Source: an uncultured Candidatus Rokubacteria bacterium (GTDB lineage: Bacteria > Methylomirabilota > Methylomirabilia > Rokubacteriales > CSP1-6). Taken from it: a DNA stretch of 64,000 bases. The notes under the pieces are model-generated. The model was given only the letters and a program-made list of their open reading frames with translations, made no database searches and had not been told where the DNA came from. The DNA lies in NCBI GenBank assembly GCA_963771355.1, contig CAVYTA010000006.1:1184001-1248000 (forward strand), in the 5' to 3' direction. Position numbers and translations under genes: made by a program. Below, in pieces: positions 17,951 through 28,199 of this stretch. Every line of letters starts with the position of its first letter. Within the stretch, counting starts at the first letter, position 1.

Positions 17951-18874
17951 GTGAGTTCCCTCCGTCCGCTCGACGTCAAGGGCGCCACCGTCGCCCTCCT
18001 CCTCGCCGCGCTGTGGGGCGGCAATCCGGTGGCGGTGAAGGTCGGGCTCGCTGACGTCCCGCCGCTGCGCCTCGCCTGGATGCGCTTTCTCATCGGCGGG
18101 CTCACCATCCTCGCCTATGCGCTGTGGACGCGCCGGGCCGGTCTCCTCACCGTGCGGCCCGCGGAGTGGCGCGCGATCTGGTCGCTGGGCATCCTCTTCG
18201 CGGTGCAGATCGGCCTCATGAACCACGGCATCGCGCTCACCACCGCGTCCCACAGCGTGGTGCTGACCAGCTCGTACGCGATACACACCGTGCTCCTCGC
18301 GCACTTCTTCATCCCCGGTGACCGCCTCACCATTCCCAAGCTGATGGGCGTGCTGCTCGCCTATGCCGGCATCGTCGTCCTCTTCGCCCGCGACTTCGCG
18401 CAGGGCGGCGGCACCCTCCTCGGCGATCTGATCGTGGCGGCAAGCGCGCTCCTCCTCGGCGAGCGGATCGTGTACATGGCGCGCGCGGTGCAGAAGCTCG
18501 ATCCGGTGAAGCTGCTCCTCGGGCAGTCGGCCATCGGCAGCCTCTGCTTCCTGGGCGCGAGCCTCGTCTGGGAAGCGGACATTCCCTCGCGTTACACCTT
18601 CGCTCTGGCCGGCTCGCTCTTCTTCCAGGGGGTGGTGGTGGCAGGCTTCAACTTCGTGGTCAACGCGTGGCTGCTGCAGGTATACCGGCCCAGCACGCTC
18701 GCGGTGTGGTCGCTCACCTCGCCCCTCTGGGGCATCGTCATCGCCGTCGCCGTCACCGGCGACGAGCTCACCCCGACGCTCCTGCTCTCAGGCCTGCTGG
18801 TCGCGGTCGGCATCGGCGTCGCCACCCGGAAGTGGGGACGCCCCGCCTTGACGGCCGGAGCGAGGCCGCGGTAG
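17951..18874 (+). CDS. DMT/EamA family transporter
   Basis: ~10 hydrophobic segments, LWGGN motif; GTG 17951 preferred over ATG 17933. Confidence 0.88.
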   Translation: MSSLRPLDVKGATVALLLAALWGGNPVAVKVGLADVPPLRLAWMRFLIGGLTILAYALWTRRAGLLTVRPAEWRAIWSLGILFAVQIGLMNHGIALTTASHSVVLTSSYAIHTVLLAHFFIPGDRLTIPKLMGVLLAYAGIVVLFARDFAQGGGTLLGDLIVAASALLLGERIVYMARAVQKLDPVKLLLGQSAIGSLCFLGASLVWEADIPSRYTFALAGSLFFQGVVVAGFNFVVNAWLLQVYRPSTLAVWSLTSPLWGIVIAVAVTGDELTPTLLLSGLLVAVGIGVATRKWGRPALTAGARPR

Positions 18875-18883
18875 CCTGCCCCC

Positions 18884-19249
18884 ATGCCGACCCAAGCGTC
18901 GAAACAGCTCGAAGTCGTGCCCAACGCGCATCCCGATCGAGACTACGAGGTCGATCTCGAGATCCCCGAGTTCACCTGTCTCTGCCCGGTAACGGGCCAG
19001 CCGGACTTCGCGACGTTCCGGGTGCGGTATGTCCCTGACCAGCACCTGGTCGAGCTGAAGTCCATCAAGCTCTACGTCTGGTCGTACCGGAACGAGGGGG
19101 CCTTCCACGAGGCCGTCACCAACCGGATCCTCGACGACTTCGTGGCCGCCGCTCGGCCGCGCTGGATCGAGGTGGTGGGAGACTGGAACGTGCGGGGCGG
19201 GATCAAGACCGTGGTGCGCGCCACCCACGGCAAGCGGCCGGAGCTCTAG
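18884..19249 (+). CDS. queF: preQ0 reductase QueF (type I)
   Basis: [32 protein letters not shown]. Confidence 0.96.
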   Translation: MPTQASKQLEVVPNAHPDRDYEVDLEIPEFTCLCPVTGQPDFATFRVRYVPDQHLVELKSIKLYVWSYRNEGAFHEAVTNRILDDFVAAARPRWIEVVGDWNVRGGIKTVVRATHGKRPEL

Positions 19250-19283
19250 CGCCCGCCCACCTTCACGAGGGGCAGCACGCCCC

Positions 19284-20150
19284 TCAGCTGGCCAGGGAGA
19301 GCAGCACCACGCCCGCCAGCATCACCAGGGCGCCGGGCGCGATATCCCGGACCTTCTGCTTCTCCCCGAAGATGAGCACCCCGATGCCCATGGCGAAGAG
19401 GATCTCGACCTGCTTCACCGCCTCCACGTAGGAGGAGAGCGTCATGAGATAGGCGGTGCCCTGGCTCACCGTGGTCAGCGCGGCGAAGAGGCCGAAGCTC
19501 ACGAAGGCCTTCCAGTGCTTGGGCACCTCCGCGAAGTGGCGTCGCGACGTCACCAGCACGATGGGCGTGACGAGCAGGCTCGCCGCGAGATAGCCGCCGA
19601 GCGTCCCCATGTAGGGATCCGAGCATTGCATGGCCCACTTGATGGTGACCACGGACGGCGCGAAGAACAGCGCGGCGAGGAGCGTGTAGCGGAGACCGCG
19701 GTCGGTGAAGAGCACCGCGAGCGGCGCCCACCACGCGAGGTGGGCGCGGTTGACGTTGAGGAGGTACACGCCCGACATGCTGATGAGGATGCCCAGGATG
19801 CCGAGCGCGCTCGGGACCTCGTGCAGCGTGAGGTAGCCCAGGACCACCAGGACCAGCAGGCTCACCTTCCACAGCGCGGTCACCATCGAGATCTGGCCCA
19901 GCTTGAGCGCCTTCGACAGCGCCATGGTCGAGATGGTCTGGCACGCCGCGAAGGCGAGGCAGGCCGGCACGAAGCCCGGCTTGATCGGCGGCACCCCGCG
20001 CCAGGCCACCATGGCCGCCGCGAACGGGAGCAGGAAGGTGAACCGGCCCCAGACGTTGATGTACTCGTCGAGGCTGTCGCCCAGGCGCTTCATCACCGTG
20101 TTGCGCAGCACCTGACAGAGCGCTGCGACGAGCGCCAGGAGAAACCACAT
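19284..20150 (-). CDS. DMT/EamA family transporter
   Basis: Multi-TM protein with duplicated EamA halves. Confidence 0.85.
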   Translation of the reverse strand: MWFLLALVAALCQVLRNTVMKRLGDSLDEYINVWGRFTFLLPFAAAMVAWRGVPPIKPGFVPACLAFAACQTISTMALSKALKLGQISMVTALWKVSLLVLVVLGYLTLHEVPSALGILGILISMSGVYLLNVNRAHLAWWAPLAVLFTDRGLRYTLLAALFFAPSVVTIKWAMQCSDPYMGTLGGYLAASLLVTPIVLVTSRRHFAEVPKHWKAFVSFGLFAALTTVSQGTAYLMTLSSYVEAVKQVEILFAMGIGVLIFGEKQKVRDIAPGALVMLAGVVLLSLAS

Positions 20151-20160
20151 GCGCGCGATA

Positions 20161-21444
20161 CTACACGAGCACTCCCGGATAGCCGGTCGAATTAGCCCCG
20201 AAACCTGGAAAGAGCGGCGCCTCCGGCGGAATGGCGAGATGGCCCTGCGCGACCTCGGCGAAGAGATGGCGGAAGTCGGTGGTCACCGCGAGATCGCGTC
20301 CCTCGAAGAGCTGGTCGCGGCGGAGGCCCGGCCAGCGCCCGTAGACCTTGCCGCCGCGCACCGGCCCGCCCAGCACCAGCATGGCCGTCGCGCGGCCGTG
20401 ATCCGTGCCCCGATTCCCGTTTTCCCGGACGGTGCGCCCGAACTCCGACATGGTGAGCACCACCACGTCGGCCATGCGGTCGCCCAGATCGCGGTCCAGC
20501 GCGGCCAGCCCCTGGGCGAAGTCGGTGAGCCGGTTCGCGAGCTGCCCTCGCTCGGCGCCCTGGACGGCGTGAGTGTCCCAGCCACCGGTGTCTGCGAACG
20601 CCACCTCCAGCCCCACGTCGGCCCGGACGAGCTGGGCGATCTGCCGCAGGCTCTCGCCGAAGCGCCCCCGTGGATACTGCGCGCCGTTGGCGGGGGCCAG
20701 GCCCTGCGGGCTGGCGCCCCTGAGCATCTTCACCGCCTCGAAGGTCTCGCGGCCGGTGCCGTGGAGGAGATCACGCACCCCGCTCTCGTACATGGACTCG
20801 AAGCCGCGGCGCGCGTTCACCGCCCCCGGCATCGCCGGCCCCGCATCGGATTTCACGTCGAAGTCGGCGATGCTGCTCATCGCCACCGCGCCTGCCTCCC
20901 CGCGGAGCACGCGCGGCAGCCGCGAGCCCATGGCCACTCCGCGGAACGGCGACGCGCCCGGCCGGGACGTGGCCTGGAGCCCGCGCGCCAGCCAGCCGTC
21001 AGCGGTGCTCTTCACTCCGGGCGTTCCTGATTCCATGTAGTCCTGGGCGTCGAAGTGCGAGCGCGTGGTGTCGGGCGAGCCGCAGGCGTGGACCACGGCG
21101 AGCCGGCGCGCGTCCCACAGCGGCCGGATGGGCGCCAGGGCCGGATGCAGGCCGAAGAAGCCGTCGAGGTCGAGCGTGGTCTCGGCGTTCCCCGCGGCGG
21201 GCGGCGCGATGGCGATGCCGCCGCGAGCCGCATAGTAGTCGGGGTCGCCGTGGGGCACCACCATGCTGAGCCCGTCCACCGCACCCCGCTGGAAGATTGC
21301 GATCAGCACCTTGGGGCGCGGGCCGGTGTCCTGGGCGTAGGCGGCGCGCACGAGGAAGCGCGGGACGCCGACGAGCCCGCCGCCCAGCCCCAGCAGGCTG
21401 AGGGCGCCTCCCTTCATGAATGCGCGGCGCGTGCACCCGTGCAT
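20161..21444 (-). CDS. DUF1501 family Tat-exported protein
   Basis: TRRAFMK, RGAVDGL, RSHFDAQ, GGWDTH, SEFGRT, GTDHG. Confidence 0.92.
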   Translation of the reverse strand: MHGCTRRAFMKGGALSLLGLGGGLVGVPRFLVRAAYAQDTGPRPKVLIAIFQRGAVDGLSMVVPHGDPDYYAARGGIAIAPPAAGNAETTLDLDGFFGLHPALAPIRPLWDARRLAVVHACGSPDTTRSHFDAQDYMESGTPGVKSTADGWLARGLQATSRPGASPFRGVAMGSRLPRVLRGEAGAVAMSSIADFDVKSDAGPAMPGAVNARRGFESMYESGVRDLLHGTGRETFEAVKMLRGASPQGLAPANGAQYPRGRFGESLRQIAQLVRADVGLEVAFADTGGWDTHAVQGAERGQLANRLTDFAQGLAALDRDLGDRMADVVVLTMSEFGRTVRENGNRGTDHGRATAMLVLGGPVRGGKVYGRWPGLRRDQLFEGRDLAVTTDFRHLFAEVAQGHLAIPPEAPLFPGFGANSTGYPGVLV

Positions 21445-21448
21445 GCGG

Positions 21449-23179
21449 TCATCTCCTCTGGAACTCGGGCGAGCCGAGGACGAGGGCGGTGAGCTTCTCC
21501 ACGTCGGTGTTCTTCGGGCCGCGGTCGTCGGCGGTGGCGCGGACGATCTCCGGGTTCTCGAGCTGGGCGGCGAGCACGCGCCGGGTCTCCGGGGAGACGT
21601 GGCCGCGGAGCACCACCGCGAACATCCGGTCGAGGACCCGGCCGGGCCGACGGCGGTCCACGCCCTCCAGGAAGGGGGCGAGATCGACGCGCGCGCCCGG
21701 CAACCGGTTATGGACCAGCGCCAAGGCGAAGTTCATGCGGCTCAGCAGCGCGCCCGCGCTCACCCACGCCTCGGCCACGTCGGGATGGCCGGTGGGCGGC
21801 AGGGCCTCGTAGAGCGGCTCACCCAGCGCGGCGACCTGGCGGGCGAGCACGGCGCCTCCGCCCGACACCGCGTTGCGGCCCGGCGTGACGGCATCCGGCG
21901 GCGCGTCGAGCCGGGCCCCCAGCACGCGGGCGGCGCTGGCCACCATCTCCAGCGGCTTCTTGACCTTGGCGTGATGCGCCTCCGCGGAGAGAAACTCGGG
22001 CGCGCCGAAGATGGTGACCAGCACCGCCCGGATGTCGCCGTCCGTGGCCCGGAAGGTTCGGGCCGCGCGCTCGACCAGCGCCGGCGGCGGCTCGTCGCTC
22101 ACGAAGCGCCGGACGAGCTTGGTCGAGATGAAGCGCGCCGTCGACGGGTGCCGGACGAGGAGGTCGATCACGGCCAGGCCGTCCTCCTGCCCGCCGCCCG
22201 CGGGAATCACCGTGCCCAGCACGCGCTTCTCGCCGCGGTCGTGGGTCTGGGGACGGAAGAGGAACCCCCCGCCCTGCTGCGGGCGATCGATGGTCCAGCC
22301 CGTGAAGCAGCGGGCGACCTCCACCACATCCCCCTGGCTGTAGCCGCCGTCAACGCCGAGCGTATGGAGCTCCATCAGCTCACGCGCGTAGTTCTCGTTG
22401 AGCCCCAGCTTGCGGCCGCCCCGCGCCGGCGACAGCGTGAAGCCCTCGCGCGTGCTCAGCCAGTTGTCGAGGTAGTAGAGCATGGCGGGATGCTGGGCGG
22501 TGGCGACCACGAGGTCGCGGAACTGACCGAGCGCGTGGGGACGGAGGGCCTGGCGCTCGTAGTCGGGCACCATCCAGCGCACCGGCCCCTTGAGCGAGTA
22601 GACGTTGAAGTGGTTGAGCCAGAAATCCACCATCACTTCTTCGAGCTGCCGCTCGGAGAGCACCGCCCGGGTGAGCTTGGCCGCCTGGAGCTGCGCGGTG
22701 ATGACCGCGGGACGACGGTCGGGCGGAAAGGCCTCGCGGATCTCCTGCGGTGCCATCAGCCCCGCCTGGAACTTCTCAACATCCTGGGGCCGCGGCGGCG
22801 GATAGTCCCGGTACAGCTCCGCCGCGGTGAGGGGCAGCACGGGGAAGGCCGCGAGCGCCCGCTCGACGGCCTCGTCGGGAATGCGCCCGGGCTCCAGCTG
22901 CCGCTCGATCCAGGCCGCGAGCCCGGCGGCGCGCACGCGCTCGACCTCGCCCGGGCGCGGGCCGTACCCGAGGCGATACAGGACGTGGACCACCTGCTGC
23001 TCCGGACTCAGCGTGGAAGGCGCCAGGGTGACGCGATAGCGGGCGGAGGGATCGGTGGGAGCGGTCACGGGGGACGCGGTCCCTCGGGGACCGGGCGCGC
23101 TGGAGGAACAGGCGGCCAGGCTTCCCGCCACCAGCACGAAGGTGAGGCCCAGGACGAGGCGTCGCATGCGCGGCTCCAA
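21449..23179 (-). CDS. DUF1800 family lipoprotein
   Basis: FWLNHFNV, MLYYLDN, NENYARELMELHTLG; usual partner of DUF1501. Confidence 0.92.
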   Translation of the reverse strand: MEPRMRRLVLGLTFVLVAGSLAACSSSAPGPRGTASPVTAPTDPSARYRVTLAPSTLSPEQQVVHVLYRLGYGPRPGEVERVRAAGLAAWIERQLEPGRIPDEAVERALAAFPVLPLTAAELYRDYPPPRPQDVEKFQAGLMAPQEIREAFPPDRRPAVITAQLQAAKLTRAVLSERQLEEVMVDFWLNHFNVYSLKGPVRWMVPDYERQALRPHALGQFRDLVVATAQHPAMLYYLDNWLSTREGFTLSPARGGRKLGLNENYARELMELHTLGVDGGYSQGDVVEVARCFTGWTIDRPQQGGGFLFRPQTHDRGEKRVLGTVIPAGGGQEDGLAVIDLLVRHPSTARFISTKLVRRFVSDEPPPALVERAARTFRATDGDIRAVLVTIFGAPEFLSAEAHHAKVKKPLEMVASAARVLGARLDAPPDAVTPGRNAVSGGGAVLARQVAALGEPLYEALPPTGHPDVAEAWVSAGALLSRMNFALALVHNRLPGARVDLAPFLEGVDRRRPGRVLDRMFAVVLRGHVSPETRRVLAAQLENPEIVRATADDRGPKNTDVEKLTALVLGSPEFQRR

Positions 23180-23237
23180 AAGGTGAGACGTCTCCCTGTA
23201 TCTTAATGTTTACACGCCCCGGCTGTCCTCCCCGAAA

Positions 23238-24005
23238 TCACAGGAAGCCGTAGGAGGACCACCCCCCGTCCACGGTGAGGATCTCGCCGGTGATGAAGGA
23301 AGCGCCGGGGGTGGCGAGGAAGAGCGCCGCCTCCGCGATCTCGTCGGAGCTCCCCAGTCGCCCCATGGGCGTGCGGCGGGCGAGCTTGGTGGGATCGAGG
23401 AGACCGCGCGCGATGAGGCCCCCGATGAACTCGGTCTCCACGTAGCCGGGGGCGATGGCATTGACCCGGACGCCCCGGGCCGCCCACTCGATGGCCATCA
23501 CCTTGGTCATCATGTTGAGCGCGGCCTTGGACACGCAGTACGCGAGGCGCTGCGGCACCGCGACCAGGCCGAAGATGCTGCTGATGTTGATGATGGTTCC
23601 GCTCCCGCGCGCCAGCATCCCCCGCGCCACGTCCTGGCTGAGCACGAAGTAGCCATTCAGATTCAGGTCGAGGGTGTCGCGGTAGTCGGCCTCGGGCAGC
23701 TCCTCCGAGGGCGCCACCCGGGGCTGGCCCGCATTGTTGACCAGGACGTCGGGGGCGCCGCCCAGCGCCGCCCCCGCCTCGCGCGCCAGCCGGCGCACGT
23801 CGTCCGAGCGCGCGAGGTCCGCCGCGAGAGCCAGCGCGGAGGGGCCCAGCCCGCGCGCCACCGCCTCGCAGTCCGCCGCGTTTCGCGAGTTCACCACCAC
23901 GCGCGCTCCCTCACGGATGAAGGCCCGCGCGATGGCGAGCCCGATGCCCCGAGTGGAACCGGTGACGACGGCGGTTTTCCCCGCCAGCCGTCCCGGCTCG
24001 CTCAC
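23238..24005 (-). CDS. SDR family oxidoreductase
   Basis: TGSTRGIG, NNAG, YCVSK; GTGA overlap with upstream gene. Confidence 0.92.
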   Translation of the reverse strand: MSEPGRLAGKTAVVTGSTRGIGLAIARAFIREGARVVVNSRNAADCEAVARGLGPSALALAADLARSDDVRRLAREAGAALGGAPDVLVNNAGQPRVAPSEELPEADYRDTLDLNLNGYFVLSQDVARGMLARGSGTIINISSIFGLVAVPQRLAYCVSKAALNMMTKVMAIEWAARGVRVNAIAPGYVETEFIGGLIARGLLDPTKLARRTPMGRLGSSDEIAEAALFLATPGASFITGEILTVDGGWSSYGFL

Positions 24006-24811
24006 TTCCTGACGCCCTTGAGGAACTCCAGCAGCGCCCCGTTGAAACGGGGCGCCTCCTCGAGGACGAAGGCGTGCGCCCCGGGCAGGATGCGGAAGCG
24101 GGCGTCGGGGATCATGCCCGCGAGCGCGCGCGAGAAGGCGGGCGGGGTGAGGATGTCTTCCTTCCCCACCAGGACCTGGGTGGGCGCCTTGATGCGGGAG
24201 ATCTCCTTGAGCCGCGTCCCGTTCCACGCGATCAGCCCCTCGCCCTGGCGGGCGAGCGCCTCGGGCCGGGTGGGGAACGGATAGGCGAGCGAGCGCTTGA
24301 GCGCGTCGGCCATCGCGGTCTCGTCGGCGAGGAAGGCCGGACTGTAGAGCCAGGGAAAGAGGAGGTGGCGGAAGCGATCCTCGAGGCTCAGGTGCGGCGA
24401 CAGCGCCATCCACGCGCGGACCACCTGGACGAAGCGGGCGTCGCCATGCGCCCAGCTACAGCAGATGGAGAGGCTGCGCACGCGCTTGGGGTGGCGGATG
24501 GCAAGCTCCATGGCGATGGTGCCGCCCATGGAGGCGCCCACCACGTGAGCCCGCGTCACGCCCAGGTGGTCGAGCAGCACCGCCGCGTCGTCGGCGAGGA
24601 GCGCGGTGGGATAGGACGGGAGGTCGGGCATCTCGCTCTCGCCCACGCCTCGGTTGTCCAGCGTGATCACCTGGTAGCGCGCCGAGAGATCCTTGACCTG
24701 GAGCAGCCACCCCACCGCCGGGCCGCCGAGGCCGCTCACGAGGAGCAGCGGATCTCCCTGCCCGTAGACTTCGTAGTGCGCCCGGTTGCCGTTGAGCGTG
24801 GCGAAAGGCAT
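24002..24811 (-). CDS. Alpha/beta hydrolase (enol-lactone hydrolase-like)
   Basis: DNRGVG, GASMGG nucleophile elbow, GAH. Confidence 0.9.
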   Translation of the reverse strand: MPFATLNGNRAHYEVYGQGDPLLLVSGLGGPAVGWLLQVKDLSARYQVITLDNRGVGESEMPDLPSYPTALLADDAAVLLDHLGVTRAHVVGASMGGTIAMELAIRHPKRVRSLSICCSWAHGDARFVQVVRAWMALSPHLSLEDRFRHLLFPWLYSPAFLADETAMADALKRSLAYPFPTRPEALARQGEGLIAWNGTRLKEISRIKAPTQVLVGKEDILTPPAFSRALAGMIPDARFRILPGAHAFVLEEAPRFNGALLEFLKGVRK

Positions 24812-24821
24812 GAGAACTCCC

Positions 24822-25826
24822 TCAGGGAATGACGGCGATCTTGATGGACCCCGGCGAGCGGTGCGCGTGGAAGGCGTCCTGCGCTTCCGCGAGCGGGAAG
24901 CGATGGGTGAGCAGCCGCTCCGTCCGCACCGCGCCCGAGGCGAGAAGGCGAATTGCCTCCGGAAACTCCGTCTGGTAGATCATCGAGCCGAGGATGGTCA
25001 GCTCGCGGCGCACCACCCAGAAGAACTCCACCGCGGAGGGCTGGTGGGGCAGGCCGGTGAGCACCACGCGCCCGCCCGGCCGCGCCAGCTCCAGCGCCTG
25101 GCTCACCGCCTCTGCGTTGCCCGCGGTCTCGATCACGAGGTCGACCCCTTCGCGGCCGGACAGCGCGCGCGCCGCCGCCCCCGCCGAGCCGGTGACGCTG
25201 CTCACGGCGGCGGCGGCGCCGAGCGCGCGCGCCACCTCGAGGCGCCCCTCGCTCCGGCCCACCGCCAGCACCGAGAGCCCGCGCGCGCGCAGCACCTGGA
25301 CCGCGAGCAGGCCGAGGGTCCCCACTCCAAGCACGGCCGCCGTCTCGCCGGCGGCGGCGGCGCCACGGCCCACCGCCCGCGTCACCACCGCCAGGGGCTC
25401 GGCCAGGAGCAGCTGATCGTCGGACAGGTCCGCGGGTGCGGGCCAGCACACCCGGGCGGGAAGCCGCGCCTGCTCGCCGAGCCCGCCGTCCACGTCGATG
25501 CCCACCGCCGTGCGCGCGAGGCAAAGATTGCGATTCCCCTCGCGGCAGAGCGCGCACCGGCCGCACGAGTAGTTCGGCTCCACCGCGACCTTGGTGCCTG
25601 CGGTGACGCCGGTCACTCCCTCGCCCACCGCCTCCACCCGGCCGATGAACTCGTGGCCCATCACCAGCGGGTAGCGCACCGGACGGTCGCCCGTCCAGAT
25701 GCTGTAGTCGGTGCCGCACAGTCCCACCGCGAGAACGCGCACCACCACGTCGCCGGGGCCGGGCACGAGGTCGGGGACGGATTCCACCCGCAGGTCGCGG
25801 GGACCGTGGAGAAGCGCGGCGCGCAT
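24822..25826 (-). CDS. Zinc-dependent alcohol/polyol dehydrogenase
   Basis: GLCGTD, GHE, CGRCALC..NLC, GVGTLG. Confidence 0.92.
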   Translation of the reverse strand: MRAALLHGPRDLRVESVPDLVPGPGDVVVRVLAVGLCGTDYSIWTGDRPVRYPLVMGHEFIGRVEAVGEGVTGVTAGTKVAVEPNYSCGRCALCREGNRNLCLARTAVGIDVDGGLGEQARLPARVCWPAPADLSDDQLLLAEPLAVVTRAVGRGAAAAGETAAVLGVGTLGLLAVQVLRARGLSVLAVGRSEGRLEVARALGAAAAVSSVTGSAGAAARALSGREGVDLVIETAGNAEAVSQALELARPGGRVVLTGLPHQPSAVEFFWVVRRELTILGSMIYQTEFPEAIRLLASGAVRTERLLTHRFPLAEAQDAFHAHRSPGSIKIAVIP

Positions 25827-25889
25827 GGCGCGTATCCTAGCAGAAGACTTCGTGTTACATTGGCCGTGGATGCGATCGCACTCGCGCAC

Positions 25890-26675
25890 ATGACGACCCC
25901 CGCGTCCTCCTCTTTCGTGAGGGATCAGAAGCCGGCGCCGCTGCCGATCTGGCGGGAGGCGCTGGCCGGGCTCGACTGGGTCTCGCTCCGGACGTCCCCC
26001 CTCTTCTACGGCTGCGGAGTGCCGCGCGGCGACGGTGCCGCGGTGGTCCTCGTCCCGGGCTTCCTCGCCAGCGACTGGTACCTCTTCGAGATCCATGCGT
26101 GGCTGGCCCGGATCGGCTACCGTCCTGAGCTCTCGCGCGTGGGCCGTAACGCGGAGTGCCTCGACGTCATCGCCGATCGCCTGTTCGTCACGATCGAATC
26201 GGCGCGGGCCGCCACCGGGCGGCCGGTGCACCTGATCGGGCATAGCCTCGGCGGGCTGCTGGCGCGCTCCGCGGCGACGCGGCGCCCCGATCTCATCGCC
26301 TCCGTGACGACGCTGGGGGCCCCGTTCCGCGGGATCCGCGGGCATCCGCTCGTGCTCTTCGCCTCCGACCGGGTTCGCGACCGCCTGAGCCGGACGCGTG
26401 AGGGCAAGCCGGACTGCTATACCGGCTACTGCGCGTGCCCGGCGGTGGGTGGACTCACGGCGCCCTTCCCCCCTTCGATCCCGCAGATGGCGGTGTATAC
26501 CCGCTCCGACGGCATCGTGGACTGGCAGTACTGCATCACCGGCGATGCCGCGACGGACTTCGAGGTGTCGGGGACTCACATCGGGCTTGTCGTCAATCCC
26601 GCCGTGTACCGGCTCATCGCGACGCATCTCGCCGCGGCAGGCCGGTCCGCTTCTTCCGCCGGGACCCGCGGCTAG
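25890..26675 (+). CDS. Lipase/esterase-type alpha/beta hydrolase
   Basis: VPGFL, GHSLGG, DGIVDW, THIGL. Confidence 0.88.
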   Translation: MTTPASSSFVRDQKPAPLPIWREALAGLDWVSLRTSPLFYGCGVPRGDGAAVVLVPGFLASDWYLFEIHAWLARIGYRPELSRVGRNAECLDVIADRLFVTIESARAATGRPVHLIGHSLGGLLARSAATRRPDLIASVTTLGAPFRGIRGHPLVLFASDRVRDRLSRTREGKPDCYTGYCACPAVGGLTAPFPPSIPQMAVYTRSDGIVDWQYCITGDAATDFEVSGTHIGLVVNPAVYRLIATHLAAAGRSASSAGTRG

Positions 26676-26686
26676 GGATCGCCCCG

Positions 26687-28147
26687 GTGGGGGCTCGCGA
26701 GCTCAATCGCCGTCTCACCTCCGTCGACGCCACCTTCCTCTACGCCGAGAAGCCGACCCAGCCCATGCACGTGGGCGGCTGCATGATCTACGAGGGGCGG
26801 CTGTCGCTGGAGGCGCTGACCGAGGTGCTGAACGCACGGCTGCACCTCCTCCCGCGCTATCGCCAGAAGGTGGTGTTCCCGCCCTTCGGGCTCGCGCATC
26901 CCACCTGGGAGGACGATCCCGACTTCGACATCCGCAATCACGCCGCCGAGATCACGTTGCCTTCGCCGGGCGACGACCGGATGCTCTCGGAGGCGGGCGG
27001 ACAGGCCTTCGCGGGGATGCTCGATCGGAACCATCCCCTCTGGAAGCTCATCGTGGTACACGGGCGCGCCGACGGGAATACCGCGGTGATCTGGAAGATC
27101 CACCACGCCATGATCGACGGGGTCTCCGGCGTGGACCTCACCATGGTGCTCCACGACCTCAAGCAGGACGCGGCGCCCCCGGAGCCGCCGGCCGCGCCCT
27201 GGCAGCCCCAGCCCGTCCCCGATCCCCTCACCCTGCTGCAGGACTCGGTACGCGACCGGCTCACCGAGGTCGCGCGGATCGCGACCGACGAGACCTTCCG
27301 GCTCCTCCGCCCCACCGAGCTCGAGGCGCGTGTCCGACAGCTCGCCAGCGCCGTCACGTCGACCGCCCCGAACGTGCTCCGCCCGGCGCCGCGGGTACCG
27401 TTCAACGGGACGATCGGGGCGGAGCGGCGTTTCGGCTGGGCGGAGTTCTCCTTCGGCGAGTTCCGGCACGTGAAGTCCGTCCTGGGCGGCACCGTCAACG
27501 ACGTGGTGCTGGCGGTGATCGCGGGGGGGCTGGGCCGCTACCTCCGCGCCCTGGGTCTCTCCACCGACGGTGTGGAGCTCCGCGCGATGTGCCCGGTGAG
27601 CATGCGCCGGCCCGATCAGCGCGGCGCCCTGGGCAATCTCGTGTCCATGATCTTCGCCCCGCTGCACGTGGGCATCCTGGACCCGGTGGCGCGGCTCACC
27701 GCCGAGCGCGAGGCAATGGAGCGGCTCAAGAACCAGGACCAGGCGGGCGGACTCTACGAGATGACGAATCTGCTGGAGCAGGTGCCGCCCGCGCTGGCCG
27801 CGGTGGCCGGGCAGCTCTCGATCCCGAACACGCTGCTCAACACCGTGTCCACGAACGTGCCCGGACCCCAGATCCCGCTCTTCCTCTCGGGCCGGCGGCT
27901 CATCGGCTGGTACCCGCTCCTGCCCCTCGCCGGCGAGGTCGGGCTTTGCAACGCGATCCTCACGTACGACCAGCGGCTCACCATCGGGGTGACCACCGAT
28001 CCGCGCCTCGTCCCCGACGTCTGGCTCTACGTCGAATGCCTGAAGGCGTCCTTCGCCGAGCTCCGCGACGCTGCCGGGCGGCGAGAAGAGTCCAGACGCG
28101 AAGCGGCGCCCGAGAGCCGCCCCCGAGACGTACCCCTGGTACGTTGA
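26687..28147 (+). CDS. Wax ester synthase / diacylglycerol acyltransferase (WS/DGAT)
   Basis: DATFLYAE..PMHVG, HHAMIDG catalytic motif, GTVNDV, GNLVS, TNVPGP. Confidence 0.95.
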   Translation: MGARELNRRLTSVDATFLYAEKPTQPMHVGGCMIYEGRLSLEALTEVLNARLHLLPRYRQKVVFPPFGLAHPTWEDDPDFDIRNHAAEITLPSPGDDRMLSEAGGQAFAGMLDRNHPLWKLIVVHGRADGNTAVIWKIHHAMIDGVSGVDLTMVLHDLKQDAAPPEPPAAPWQPQPVPDPLTLLQDSVRDRLTEVARIATDETFRLLRPTELEARVRQLASAVTSTAPNVLRPAPRVPFNGTIGAERRFGWAEFSFGEFRHVKSVLGGTVNDVVLAVIAGGLGRYLRALGLSTDGVELRAMCPVSMRRPDQRGALGNLVSMIFAPLHVGILDPVARLTAEREAMERLKNQDQAGGLYEMTNLLEQVPPALAAVAGQLSIPNTLLNTVSTNVPGPQIPLFLSGRRLIGWYPLLPLAGEVGLCNAILTYDQRLTIGVTTDPRLVPDVWLYVECLKASFAELRDAAGRREESRREAAPESRPRDVPLVR

Positions 28148-28199
28148 GGGAGTGGCCGAGGGCGCGAACGACGCAGCTGGGCCCTTCTCGGCGGCCGGC
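28073..28199. repeat. ~125 bp palindromic MITE/REP-like element, copy 1
   Basis: Imperfect terminal IRs CCGGGCGGCGAGAAGAGTCCAG / CTGGGCCCTTCTCGGCGGCCGG; core CGTACCCCTGGTACGTTGAG identical to the copy at 43535. Confidence 0.85.

Noticed and set aside
17951..20150. preQ1 riboswitch or queuosine-precursor transporter role for the DMT genes flanking queF
   Set aside because: No riboswitch motif seen and queF appears to have its own leaderless promoter; proximity alone is insufficient.
25843..25857. Fifth PhaR-type site GAAGAC-TTC-GTGTTA upstream of lipase-WS/DGAT
   Set aside because: The left half matches only 4/6 and the right half can be explained by an extended -10; too weak to call.
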